Assembly (NCBI RefSeq): GCF_011386835.1
Contig: NC_088794.1
Coordinates: 13,020,001 to 13,084,000 of the forward strand
From: Chrysemys picta bellii
Taxonomy: Eukaryota
Length of the DNA stretch: 64,000 bases
Direction: 5' to 3'
A model generated the notes under the pieces. It was not told the DNA's origin and made no database searches. It saw nothing but the letters and a program-made list of their open reading frames with translations. Made by a program: the position numbers and the translations under genes. Position 1 is the first letter of the stretch. The number at the start of each line of letters is the position of its first letter. Shown here piece by piece: positions 1 to 36,580 of the stretch.

Positions 1-662
1 AGATATGGGCGGGCCCTGCCCTGGGGACGTTCAAGCACTCATGGAGCAGGGCTCATAATGCTCTGCAGGAAGCACCAGGAGACTGGCAGCCTGAGGAAGG
101 GCAGATCTCACTGACTACGGAGATAAGTCGGACTGTTACAGGGGGTTGAGGTGGAACCGCAGCCCTTCTGGTGCCGTGGCCAAGGCTCCCGCCTGGCCGC
201 GTCTGGCCAGGCGCTGAGCACACCACAGGGAGGCTGCTCTAGTTCTGGATCTGGCAGGCAGGGCTGGTTGCACAGCAGCCACCGTTGGTGCAGCTGACGA
301 AGGCGGAGTGGAGGCTGTGTACGTGGGGCCAGAGAAGCCTGGCTGGAGGTGCCGGGCACTGCTCTGTTGTGATCAGACAATCTGAGCTTGAGTCAAACAC
401 GAGAGCCGGGGGCACCAGCTAAAGCGAGGCCAGGCTCAGGACCAGGAAGGGAATGCGCATATAGCTCATCAGAGCCATCTCTGGGCTGGTACCTGGCGAG
501 ATCTGCAAGGGGGTGGGTGGGTGGGAGGCGCAGACGAGTCCTCCCTCCAGAGGCTAAGCCAGTCCACCTAGTATCTCCTTCCCCAGCATGGCAAGAGTAG
601 GATCTGTGCCCTGCTTGGCCCCTTTCCCTGACACACCAGCTGCCAGGAGACACCCCCACAGG

Positions 663-1527
663 CAGGGCCAGCTCTAGGTTTTTTGCTGCCCCAAGCAAAA
701 AAATTTTTGGCTGCCCCCAACCCCAGCCCTGGACTCCCCCCACACCCTCCTGCCACCCCAGCCCTGGGCTCTCCCCCCCCCCCACCCGCACCCCCTGCCA
801 CCCCAACTCTGGGCTCTCACCCCCACCCCACCCACACTCCCTGCTGCTCCAGCCCTGGGCTCCCCCCAACCAGTGCTGACTCCGCCCTCTCCCCCTTCGT
901 CTCCAGCCAGTCCGGCGCTGGCAGGGTCAGGGTAAGCAGCAGGGCTCCCGGACAGCGCCTCAGCCCAGGGTCCCTCCAGCCGGGGCTCCCGCCTCCAGGA
1001 CTGGCCGGGACCCGGGAGGGCAGAGCCAGGGGACCGCCCGGCAAAGGGCTGAGGAGCCGGGGCAGGGCAGCCCCAGAGGGAGTGGAGCCCCGGAGAGTGG
1101 GATGCGGGCCCCACACGGCAGCGCCCCAGGCACCGGTCCCCACTATGGCCTCACTGCTGCTGCTGCTCCTGGCCACCCTGCCACAGTCCCTGGGTGGCTC
1201 AGGCTGCTTCGCCCAGCCCCGGCTGCAGCGCCGAGGGGCAGCCGCCCTGCGGCACCTGCAGGCGGCTCCGTGCACCCCGCGGGGCGGCCCCCAGCCTGAG
1301 TGTCCCACGCTCGGAGCCTGCCCGGCCATAAGGTGCGGGCGCTGCTGCCCGACACGAACTGCAGCGGCCCCAGGGTGCCCCCCGTGCAGGACACACTGCT
1401 GCTGCCAGGGCCGGCTCTAGGCTTTTGCCGCCCCAAGTGCAAAAAAAAAGGCTGGCTGGAATGCTGCCCCTGAAAATGTGCTGTCCCAAGCACGTGCTTG
1501 GTTTGCTGGTGCCTGGAGCCGACCCTG
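663..1527. mobile_element. Non-autonomous hAT DNA transposon
   Basis: TIRs CAGGGCCAGCTC / GAGCCGACCCTG; perfect 8-bp TSD CCCACAGG at 655-662 and 1528-1535; GC-rich interior. Confidence 0.9.
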
Positions 1528-1754
1528 CCCACAGGAGAGAGCACAAGTTTTATGCCATTCTGAACTGTCAAGGACTGAACCAGAACCAGCTACTTAATGC
1601 CAACAACGAGGAAGCAGCTATAGTGCTTCTGTCACTGGTAACCAGCCCTCTTCCTCTCCCCAGAACACAGGGTCCAGCACGACAGAGTCCTGTTTGGTAT
1701 TAACAAGCCTCAGGGACATGCAGAAGACAAAGCAAGAGCCACAGCCTTGCTTAC

Positions 1755-26698
<24,944 letters not shown>

Positions 26699-28539
26699 TT
26701 AGTAATGGCCCCATAATAGCAGGTCAAGAATCAAGGAAATCCTCAGTTTGCACAGCAAACCAAGATCATATTAGTCTTTCCACGCACCCTATTGAGATAG
26801 AGACCCTTCACCACACGACCCATGTCAGCATGGAAGGCAACAAGGTTTCTTTTCTAATAGCTGCTCCCACAGCTGCCACCCAGGCCTTCCTGGGGGTTGG
26901 AGTGAACATTTACCAGGCTCACCTGCCAAGCACCGACACTGACCTTGCTGTGGGCAATGCAGAAAAGCCCCAGCTCCTCGCTTGCCTTGCCCAACGTTAA
27001 GGGGATTCTACTGAAAGAGAGAACTAAGGGCTGGGAGGAGGGGAAACTGCAGCGCTAATTCAGCTCACTCCGCTGTATTGAGCCACACTTTCCCCACAGG
27101 TTTCAGAACAGCATTAAGAAACAATGCGGGGAAAATCTAAAACAAACAAGGAAAGAAGATTGCAAATGAGAGCACTCTTGCAGGTCTGGTGTATGAAGCT
27201 GGCCAGGAACTTGGCATGTCTGTCATACAGACTTATCTGTATCTCCACACCCTGAGGTGCCACAACATAACCAAATACCGGTAGAAATGAAGGCCTTCAC
27301 ACTATCAGTTTGGTTTATTTGCCTCAGAGGGTTTAAAGAGCATTTAATTAAACATACATAAGAGTCCTAGGGCTAGTCAAAGGGTCCCATCCTTCAAGAG
27401 AGCACCATCAATCCCCACTAACTTCAGTTGGAAATGGGGCACTCAGCACCCGCCAGGATCAGCTCCAAAGAGAATCACAGCACACGATGACTGGGGAAAT
27501 AAGGAAGGGGGGCAATACAGCAGCTGCTTACCGATTCCCAAGACGAGGGCGTCCACTCACCAGTAAACAGGGAATGGAATTTAGATGGGGGAGACTCTCC
27601 AGTTTACAAACTGAAAAGTCAGTGCTTAGCAAATAGGAAACCCTGTATGTCACATTATGCCCAAAATACAGATTCCCTCTGTTCTACATTATGGGAGGGT
27701 TGACAACTGAAAAAAAGCTAAGAAACTCCTTTCTCAAATCCTTTGTTAGGCTTTGTGCAGAGACACAAGCAAAATCTCCTTTCTTTGCGTTACAAGGAAA
27801 ATACTAAGTTTGGGTCTTCAGAGCTGCCTAATAAGCCACTCATTTTATTGCCTGACAAGTCAGAACATCATCCACCTTGTCTCTCTACTGTCAGAACCTA
27901 ACCACAAATTCTCAGTATTAATACACATTAGAGTGGGGGGAACAGATACAAAGTCTGCAATTCATAACTGAATCTGAGTCGCTTGGGGATGACACAATAC
28001 AATATTCTATAGAAGATTCCCCAGAAATCTGAAAGGTAATACTGTCAGTATAATGACCTAGACAGACAATAATGTAACCGTTCTGGGGAAGGTATTTTGT
28101 CTATACTTGCATTTTAGGTGCTGGTGCAATCTATTTAAAAAAAAAAAAAACAATCAAGTAGGCATGCAAACTATTAGCTAGGTTTGCCTGCCAATGGAAC
28201 AATCACCAGTAGCAAGAGATGAGTAAATCCACCTTATTACTTAAAGAAAATAAAATCCTGCTTGCATTAAGGTGAATGACATATCTATGAGAAGTGTCTT
28301 ATGACCAGTCCCTGTCTTCTAGGATCAGGACCACCAACTCATTCCAGATGGTAATGCCTTCCAATCATTACTGACCCAGACCAGACCAGTGACCCGAAGA
28401 TGCAGCTGGAAGACGTATTCTAAACTGTCATTTTCTTTGAGTGATGGACACAGTCTTTACAAAAAAAAAAAAAAAAAAACAGTCTCCTTTCCTAAATTTC
28501 ATTTAGGCGCTAGTCTAGAACTTTGTTCCATTTTCATTA

Positions 28540-29050
28540 AATATTAATTGGGCAAAAACAAGGCACCCTTTCTAGCCTAGTGTTTTGGATGGTCACCTAG
28601 CATATAGGGACTTCTGGTTCAATTCCCCTGCTAGGAAGGGATTTGAACAGTAATCTCCTGCCTCTCCAAGTGAATTACCTAAATGCTGGGCTATGAGATA
28701 GTCTGCTATGGGGCACTTGAAGCTCTTTCACTTTAATCAAATACTAATTGGGCCAATGCAAGAATCAAACATAAGAACTCCTCTCTAGTGCAGAGGTCAG
28801 GGTACTCACCTAGAAAGTGGGAGATGCTGGTTCAAGTCCTGTGCCTACATCCTTAAGAAAGGGTAGGAACAGGGATGGCCTACCTAGCCACTGGACCACA
28901 GAGGGAGTCTAATCCTTTAGCTGGCGCATAGAAATCTCTTACTGAAGTGAAACAGCTTCAACAGCCCCCATCTGTATAGCCCCAGTACAGACTAGGCAAA
29001 GTGGGGAACCAAACCAGAATCTCCCATATCAAAGGCACTGCACTATGCAT
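28540..29050. repeat. Decayed repeat built of tRNA-like A/B-box modules in both orientations
   Basis: GGTTCAATTCC 28616-28626; inverted GGGATTTGAAC 28638-28648; TAGTGCAGAGG 28786 with GGTTCAAGTCC 28829-28839. Confidence 0.5.
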
Positions 29051-29979
29051 ACAGATTACTGTATGAGGGGGCCACTTGGCAGAGAACAGTTGTTTACATA
29101 TTCAGAGAGTATACTTTAAATGGAGTGGGGCTTTCACAATCTGAAATCACAGCCACATCCTCACTGGGAGTGCTTTACCCCCGCCTACCATACCAGCAAA
29201 GTGCTCCGAGCATGGACGAAGCTATACCAGCAAAGCTTTGTACCAATAGAATAGGACCACTCTCCATGAGCAAAATAAGCGAAACCTGTAAAAAGTTGTA
29301 AAACTGCATCTACTCTAGGGGCTTCTGCTGGCACCACTATGCCAGTCGGGGTCACTCCTTCGTCAGCCTGAACACCACGGCCGTGCCAGCAGACATTTAT
29401 ACCGAGCGCTGTGAGCTTTGGTGTTAAATTATATTTTAAGAAAAAAGTGGGTTTACACAGCAATACTATCATAGCTTCCTTATTCTCATGTTCTGAAGCA
29501 TTTCTAATCCCAGCAAATTCTAAATTAGGAACTCCCCAACCCCATTTTAAAAAGTCAAATGGAGCCTACAAAACAGCTTCTTTGATTTAGAGTTACAGAT
29601 ACTTCTATCTTATTAACCTTAAAATTGAATGAACCAAGACCAGTTATTCCCAATCAGCTTTTAAAGGTAAAATTACAGGCTTTGAGATATTTATAAAGCG
29701 TTGTTTTTTTTTTTTTAACTGATTCGGTGGAATAACTGAATGGTGCCTCTTGAATAATTGGCAGAGTTTTGTTTCTCCAAATGAGCGATTATTTCTGGCT
29801 GTCTCGGGTTTTGGTTTGTACGGCAAACTAATATGAACCGAAAGCAAACGCAGCTTAGGAAGTGTATGTGGTACGTAGACAAAGAACACAGGCAACAATC
29901 CTGCCAACTTGTAGCTGCCTGCTCTGTTCAATAAACAGCCTCTTAAAGCGCTCGCTGTTGTATTTCGCAAAGCCTCACC

Positions 29980-31030
29980 CCGCGCCGGGGACAACCCGGG
30001 CCTCACCCCGCCCGGGCAGTTACACAAGGCGGATCCCGGAGCGCAGACAAACCTGAGCGGCCCGGCCCGGCCCGGATCGGATCGGCGCACAAGCGGGGCA
30101 GGGCCGCGCGGGGAGCGGCTCCCGCGGGAGCTCCGGGCGGCCTCCGCCCGGCCCGTCGGGGGCAGGCCCGGCCCGAGCAGGCCGCAAGGCCCGGGCGCAC
30201 TCACCGCTGGTGGGGGGTCTCAGCCGCGGGCTGGAGCTGCCGGGGGGACACGAGGGGATGCGGGGCCCCGGAGCGGGCGCATCATAACCCCGGAGCGGCC
30301 GCCGGTCCAGGCCCGCCCCGCCCGGGGGGAGCCTCCAGGCCGCTCCGCCGCCGCCAGGCCCCGCCTCGCCCCACGGCCCGGCCTGGCCCGGCTCCCCCCG
30401 CTCCGCGCCCCCGCCGCTCGCCGGACCCCGGTTCCCTTCAGCCCGCTCCGGCTCCGGCTCCCGCTGCGCTCCGGGCCCTCGGCTGCCTACGCCAGACTGA
30501 GCCAGCCGAGCCCCGAACGCGGCCCAGCCCCGGAACAGCCGAGCGCCGAGGCATTGAACCAGGGTCACGTGACGGCTCGGCCCATCACCATCAAGGTTAC
30601 CGAGGCGGAAGCGAGGTGCCGCCGTGGTGCTACTGAGGCGGAAGCGTCCCCAAGACGCAAGCGGCTTTGGCCGAGGGCGCTAGGGCGGACCCTTGCGGGC
30701 TTCCATCCTTTCCTCCAGCCGCGCTGTGCCTGACACAGCAGTGAGTGTGCCCCTAGTGGCCAGAGCCCTGGCGCCCTGAGCCCCGCCCCCCGGGGGAAGG
30801 ACCCGGGCAGGCGCGCTGGGCCTGGCCGTGTTGCCATGGGAACGTGGCCCCTGCGCGGCTGTCCCGCTCCAGCAGGCCCCGGAGCAAGGCCAGGTAAGCG
30901 CGGCGCGGGGCGGCGCTGCGCTGCTCCCTGAGCCCAGCGGGCGGCTGTTGGTGTTTCCTCACCTCAGACTCTGCCCCTGGCCCGCGAGAGGCGCAGCCAC
31001 AGGTCAGCCCGTCTCCAGGGGCCTCCCCGG
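29980..31030. promoter_or_regulatory. CpG island / HIPK1 promoter
   Basis: Very GC- and CpG-rich; palindromic E-box GTCACGTGAC 30564-30573; tandem GAGGCGGAAGCG ETS-type motifs at 30602-30613 and 30635-30646. Confidence 0.85.
30205..30540 (-). other. HIPK1: HIPK1 non-coding exon 1 (5' end approximate)
   Basis: Donor CCAGCG|gtgagt at 30205 inside a CpG island, upstream of the exon 2 acceptor. The TSS is not defined by sequence alone. Confidence 0.7.
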
Positions 31031-31068
31031 CTCCTTCCGCAGCCCTGATCTTTGCCAGGCCCCTGCTC

Positions 31069-31685
31069 CCCCGGGCAGTACAGACCCCCCCCCGGACCCC
31101 CTGCCCCACCCCCGGGCAGTACAGACCCCCCCCCGGACCCCCTGCCCCACCCCCGGGCAGTACAGACCCCCCCGGACCCCCTGCCCCCCCCGGGCAGTAC
31201 AGACCCCCCCCCGGACCCCCTGCCCCACCCCCGGGCAGTACAGACCCCCCCCGGACCCCCTGCCCCACCCCCGGGCAGTACAGACCCCCCCGGACCCCCT
31301 GCCCCACCCCCGGGCAGTACAGACCCCCCCCGGACCCCCTGCCCCACCCCCGGGCAGTACAGACCCCCCCCGGACCCCCTGCCCCACCCCCGGGCAGTAC
31401 AGACCCCCCCCGGACCCCCTGCCCCCCCCACCCAGTACAGACCTCCCCGGACCCCCTGCCCCACCCCCGGGCAGTACAGACACCCCCCCGGACCCCCTGC
31501 CCCACCCCCGGGCAGTACAGACACCCCCCTGGAGCCCCTGCCCCACCCCCGGGCAGTACAGACCCCCCGGACCCCCTGCCCCACCCCCGGGCAGTACAGA
31601 CCCCCCGGACCCTCTGCCCCACCCCCGGGCAGTACAGACCCCCCTGGACCCTCTGCCCCACCCCCGGGCAGTACAGACCCCCCAC
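31069..31685. repeat. GC-rich minisatellite, 16 copies of a ~38-41 bp unit
   Basis: Unit CCCCGGGCAGTACAGA(C)nGGACCCCCTGCCCCAC; 16 occurrences of the CAGTACAGA core counted. Confidence 0.95.
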
Positions 31686-32831
31686 CCCAACCCCGGGCCC
31701 TTTGGTTCTTCCAACTGTCACCTCACTGCAGAGTCCGTGTGAGACAAAAGATGCTTCATTTGGAGGGAAATTCTCTAGTGAATTGTGGGTGTGGGGCTGC
31801 CGTGTGAACTCCCTGTGTCTTTGTCTAGAATGCAATGAAGGGAGAGAGAAAAGGGTTCTGATTGTCAGGGTCTCCAGATGGGCATCTCTTGGGAAGAAAT
31901 TCACTTAAAAGCCTGGCTAGGATCATGCTCATGCCTTGAAGTTAACAGGGGTAAGTTCACTCTTCTCAGAAACAACTTGTGATTTCAGTGGGTTTTGAAT
32001 CTGGTCCTTGGTACAGTGGTTAGAGTACTCTAACACTGGATTGAGCCCTAGTGTGGATGCAAGTTTATCAGTCCCAAGGTGTTGGCTAGCCACACAGCTC
32101 ATTTTCCTTTCTAAACCAGACTAAACGTTCATGCTGGTATTGCTGCACCCATGCTGGGCTTGGAGGAAGAGCTTATGGAGCCGGGTGTTGCTTCGTTAAC
32201 TGCACTGGACTAGTTAACGTGGCCCTGCTTTTGAGTGTAGACAAGCCCTTAACTGAGCTGTTTTTCACCATGGTGCCCATCACATCAGGAATCAGAAGTC
32301 TTGTGATTTGTTTTCTGCGGTGATGGTTTGCACCTCATTACAGTGGGGCAATAACACAAACAATGGACTTTTGTACAGCCCTTTTCCCCCAGTGAAGAAG
32401 GAAAACTTGGTGCAGGCTTATCTGTGGTGCCACACCAGGGTTGGGGGATGAGCTAGCAGTGCGTGTTGTGGTCAAGGGTTCCTCACCTACGGCCCTCCAA
32501 TCAGGAGTAGAGATTAATAAGCAAAGTCTGCTAAAATCACCCATCTAGGGAGTGTGGCTTGAAACCTGCGCTAGCATAACAAGGAACCAAGTAGAGTGTA
32601 GAGGCTCCGGAGCTGGGGGGCCACCCACGCCCAGCCGCTTTTAAGCATGTATTGGGGTTGCCACCTAGTCCTGGCTGGGCTGGTTTTTCTACTGCCTTGC
32701 TGGTTGCAATATATCCCTTGCTAAACACTGGCACATTGCAACTGTAAGCTGCAGGTGTGCACGGCCACACTGGGGAGTCGTACAGCAATCTCCCTACTCT
32801 GGCACACAGGCCACGTGGCCAGGAGCATGGG

Positions 32832-33407
32832 CAGGATGGCACCCGGGGCCCACTTTAAGTGCTGGGCCCTCAAGGTGCCAAAACTGCAGCAGCTGAGGTT
32901 CCTGCTCCTCTTGGCACCGGGATCTTGGCAGCAGGCTGGCCGGGCCCAAGGCTCAGCAGCAGGGGGGTGAGGAGTGGGATGGGGGTGGGAGGCAGGGGCA
33001 GTGGGGGGCTGAGGCTCCTGGGAGTGCATGGGTCATGGGGGGAAGGCAGGGGCTCCTGTTTCTAGGGGACTGCAGGGAGCTTCTCCTCTCTCAAGTGCTG
33101 AGGAAGGCTCCTGGGAGCGGGTGGGTGTAGGGGCTCATGGGATGGCAAAGAGCCTTGAACCCAGCTCCCCGCCTGCAATGCGCCTGTGAGAGAGAGGGGG
33201 GTCAGGCTGCTAAGAAGGGAAGAGGTGGGTCTTAAATAGCATCTTTAGCCAATCCATTGTGAAGCAGACAGTGCGTGTACTCTATGGAGCAGAGCCATGC
33301 CCTCCCCAAACCCTGTCCCCCACCATTTACATTGCACATTGCCGCCCTTGCCCCTTGTGGTGCAAATTCCAAGACGTTTGGTTCTGGGGCTCCAGGAATT
33401 CATCCTG
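32832..33407. mobile_element. Possible decayed hAT-type non-autonomous element
   Basis: 10-bp inverted repeat GGGCAGGATG (32829) / CATCCTGCCC (33401) around a G-rich interior; no TSD found. Confidence 0.35.
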
Positions 33408-33551
33408 CCCCAAAATCAGCTCCTTACCCTTGTCCAAGTTCACTAAAATCCACAGGTCTGCAAACTGCTTGAAAACCTGGTATGCTGGCATGGTGTAGCA
33501 CGTGGTGCAAAGCTGTCACTTGGGCAAGGGGAGCCTCAGGCCTACTTATTA

Positions 33552-33739
33552 CACCTCTACCCCGATATAACGCAACCCGATATAATACGGATTCGGATAT
33601 AACGTGGTAAAGCAGCGCTCCGGGGGGGCAGGGCTGCGCACTCCGGAAGATCAAAGCAAGTTCGATATAACGCGGTTTCACCTATAATGCGGTAAGATTT
33701 TTTGGCTCCCGGAGACAGCGTTATATCGGTGTAGAGGTG
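33552..33739. mobile_element. Tc1/mariner (Tigger-like) MITE
   Basis: TIRs CACCTCTACCCCGATATAACGC / GCGTTATATCGGTGTAGAGGTG with TA on both sides. Confidence 0.9.
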
Positions 33740-34192
33740 TATGTCCCCCCCCTTGAACCATTCCCAGTGGTTCTGGCCAGAGCCCGGGGTTAAGGTTGCT
33801 TTGCATGTCCCTTGACTCTCTAGTGCCTAGTTTACAGAGGTTTAAGTCTAGCGGCTCTCCACATTCTGGAAGGGCACAAAGCAGCACTGGGCAACCTTAA
33901 CTCTGCCTTAATGAAGGCTGGGGCAGAGCCTGGGCAGGGCAAAGCCTGTTGCAAAGCAGGGCAGAGGAGGTGCTAGTCTTTTGATTAAGGGGGTTTGAGA
34001 TTCAGGAAATACCAATTGGCATCTTAATTCTTTGTCACTAACAAAATCACACTGTGCCGTACTGCCGCAGGCTGTCTTTGGGGCAGAACTGTATCCTGCG
34101 GGGCAGAATGGGGGTGCTGTTTCTATGGTCCACGTTTCTTCACTTGTGCAGCCAGTACCAGAGTACAATTTTATGGTGCATTATATATCTAG

Positions 34193-34263
34193 GACCCGAG
34201 CCAACTCCTACCGAAGTCCACGGGAGTCTCGCCATTGATTTCAATGGGCTCTGGCTTGATCCC
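34193..34263. repeat. Short palindromic MITE-like repeat
   Basis: GAAGTCCACGGG...CCATTGATTTCAATGGG core, similar to the element at 60716-60779. Confidence 0.5.
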
Positions 34264-35347
34264 TTAACAAGGTGAGTTCAGTGTTCCTTGAAAGATGGAC
34301 CCATGGAAACCCACCTTACTGCTGCTTCCTGCTCTGCTCCCATGCAATTCTGAACCTCCTCCGTGTCTACAGTGAAGGACACAATGCCCCAGCCTCACAT
34401 GAGGAGCCAGGAGGCTATGTGAAAAGGAAGCGACTCCACTTTATCTCCTGCAGAGTGTTTTGCGCCCCCCATTCACTGGCAATAATGACTGGAAACCACA
34501 GACTGGGTCACAAATGGCACCTTGTCTGTCACCAGCAGAGGCTGTATGCGACATGAAAATATTCTTATCGGCTTGTCAGCTGTCTGCAGAGGCCTGGACT
34601 TTCTAGTTAGGGACCAGTGGGCTCACTGTGCAGCAAGATTTGTCCCAACTAGTCACTGCAGGACTGTACGTGCTGTGGCTGGCGCCTGGTCTATTGTAAA
34701 GTGAAACTAGATAAGAATCAAGTTTTGAAGACCGTGGCGACTTCCTCAGAGAAATCCCCAGGCCTGACTGAGCCAGCCAGAGATGCACCCAACACTTAGC
34801 AAACAGAGAACCTTAGACAGCCCGTGGTTTATAGGAGGTTCTAAATGCTCCTCTTTAGTGATAACTATGAAGGTGACTAAGAAATGCCTTTAACTGCGTG
34901 TAGCATTATTTCCTCAATGCGGATTTGAAAGTGGAGGCTCAGATTCAAGAAATGACATAAAAGGGAGAATTTCTGCTTTAAGTTAGTTCAACTTGATCGT
35001 GAACCTATGACAAGTTGTACAGGAAATTATGTAAAGTCCCTGAATCAGTGTTAGCTGCGAAGTGGGGAGTGGAATTCTTCCAGTTTCACAAGCTTTGTAT
35101 CCAGAATAGAAAAAAAAAGAATCTGTGTTACAGCAACATTCAGCAATGATACACCAATGAGAGCCAAGTGGGTAGTGTAGCTGGAGCTGAAGTGTTTCCA
35201 GCCCTATACTGTGAAAAGTGGTGGTAAAAATGCTCTGTCTACACCAGTGTCTCTGTTGTATCACCAGCAGAGCTGCATCCTATGTGTTTTCCTTCCCTGA
35301 CTCAGCTCCAGTGTATTATGGCAGAGTGCAGGCATTTTTAACACCAC

Positions 35348-36304
35348 TGTGACATACCCAGGGTACGATCCAGACTACTATGTAGCTGTGTCACGCCTGC
35401 CCTCTAACCCGGGCTGCCCTTTACACTGCCTTGCTGCTGTAGCCTCCAGTCTGGAGTGCTCACAGAGAGCCTGCAAGTCATTCCCAGCCATGTCTGTGTG
35501 CTGCAGCCAGCCACACCGTGGCTCTCACCAACCTGGCTTATACTGCACGGTGACCCCAACTCACTCCCAGGCTTAACTTTTCCTCCAGAAGTGTACGTCC
35601 TGTACTGCCCAGCCCTCTCCTGGACAATGCAAGTTTATATAAAGTCCATTATTTCATCAATAGAAATATGCACCCAGCTTGTTACCCCCAACAGCATTTC
35701 CCAGACACTTTGATTTAAACCCACTGGATCAGATCAAACAATAAAACAAGTTTATTAACTACAGAGAGAAATTTTTAAGTGAGTACAATTAACGAGGCAT
35801 TAAATGTCAGAAATGGTTACAAGAAAAACAAGCTAAAACACAACTTAAACTGTGTTAAATTCAAAACAAAGCTTTCTCATTGCATGCTCTCAGCAGTTCT
35901 TACTGACCAAACTTCTTGGGTCAGTGGCTGTTTCCTTTGTCCCTTTTGGTGCAGTGAACTGATGAAGAGAGAGCATGTGTACAAGGAGTCTCATTCGGGG
36001 AAGGATGTTGGCTGCCATTTTTCCTCACCTGTTGGAGATTCTTTTGTTGCCCTTCCTTCTTGATGAGCCTGTTTACAGCGTATGTGCAAGTTAAGCAGAG
36101 CACATGTTCCTTTATTTGAGACAGACCTGTTTGCCAACCACTGTTTGGAACGTGTGTTAACACCATATGGTGGAATCTTATAACTTCACAAACAGTGTTG
36201 CCACACACAATTTATGAGGTCAATAATGACCAGCAAATTATAAGTTTTCAAATTATACAAATCTTTGTATAAAGGTTATGAAAATAGAATGTAGGGTGTG
36301 AACA
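35348..36304 (-). mobile_element. Solo LTR (orientation inferred)
   Basis: TG...CA ends (TGTGACATACCCAGGGTAC... / ...GGGTGTGAACA), about 950 bp, non-coding; resembles turtle LTRs from memory; TSD not evident. Confidence 0.6.
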
Positions 36305-36580
36305 GCGGTTATGGAGTCTCACAACCATGCTGAATGTAGGCAACACCAAACACATGCCATAGCATGGTCCTAACACCCTCTAGTCCTGTTCTCACTGGCT
36401 GGCTAACCCATTTTGGCCTGATGAAGTTTTGAGTCACATTTAAAACCTCTTCAGGAAGTGGCTCAGAACCCAGATGGGAAGGGCAGAGAGGGAAGAGGAT
36501 CTTAAAGGATCCATGGCTGCTGCAGATCTTATTGGATGCACTATTTTACATCTGTTCTTAGAACCAAAGTCTGGCACTGA

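Noticed and set aside
465-472. CUGAUGAG on the - strand (also 62235-62242 on +) as a hammerhead core
   Set aside because: No closing stem II followed by GAAA, and no stem I/III pairing found.
1-660. HIPK1 terminal exon, or another coding exon, in ORFs 108-380 and 393-869
   Set aside because: No frame gives the expected NQQ...-type start or HIPK1 C-terminal sequence, and candidate acceptors hit stops quickly. The terminal exon is presumably beyond the window edge.
674-1571. Long overlapping Pro/Gly-rich ORFs (e.g. 683-1420)
   Set aside because: They lie inside the GC-rich hAT element, show no domain, and reflect stop-codon scarcity.
31069-31685. CRISPR-like array
   Set aside because: Eukaryotic context and no unique spacers; the units are contiguous near-identical repeats.
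30020-31904. ORFs of 180-380 aa around the HIPK1 promoter
   Set aside because: They come from the CpG island and the minisatellite; the repeated CTARGWG/LYCPGVG peptides are translations of the tandem unit.
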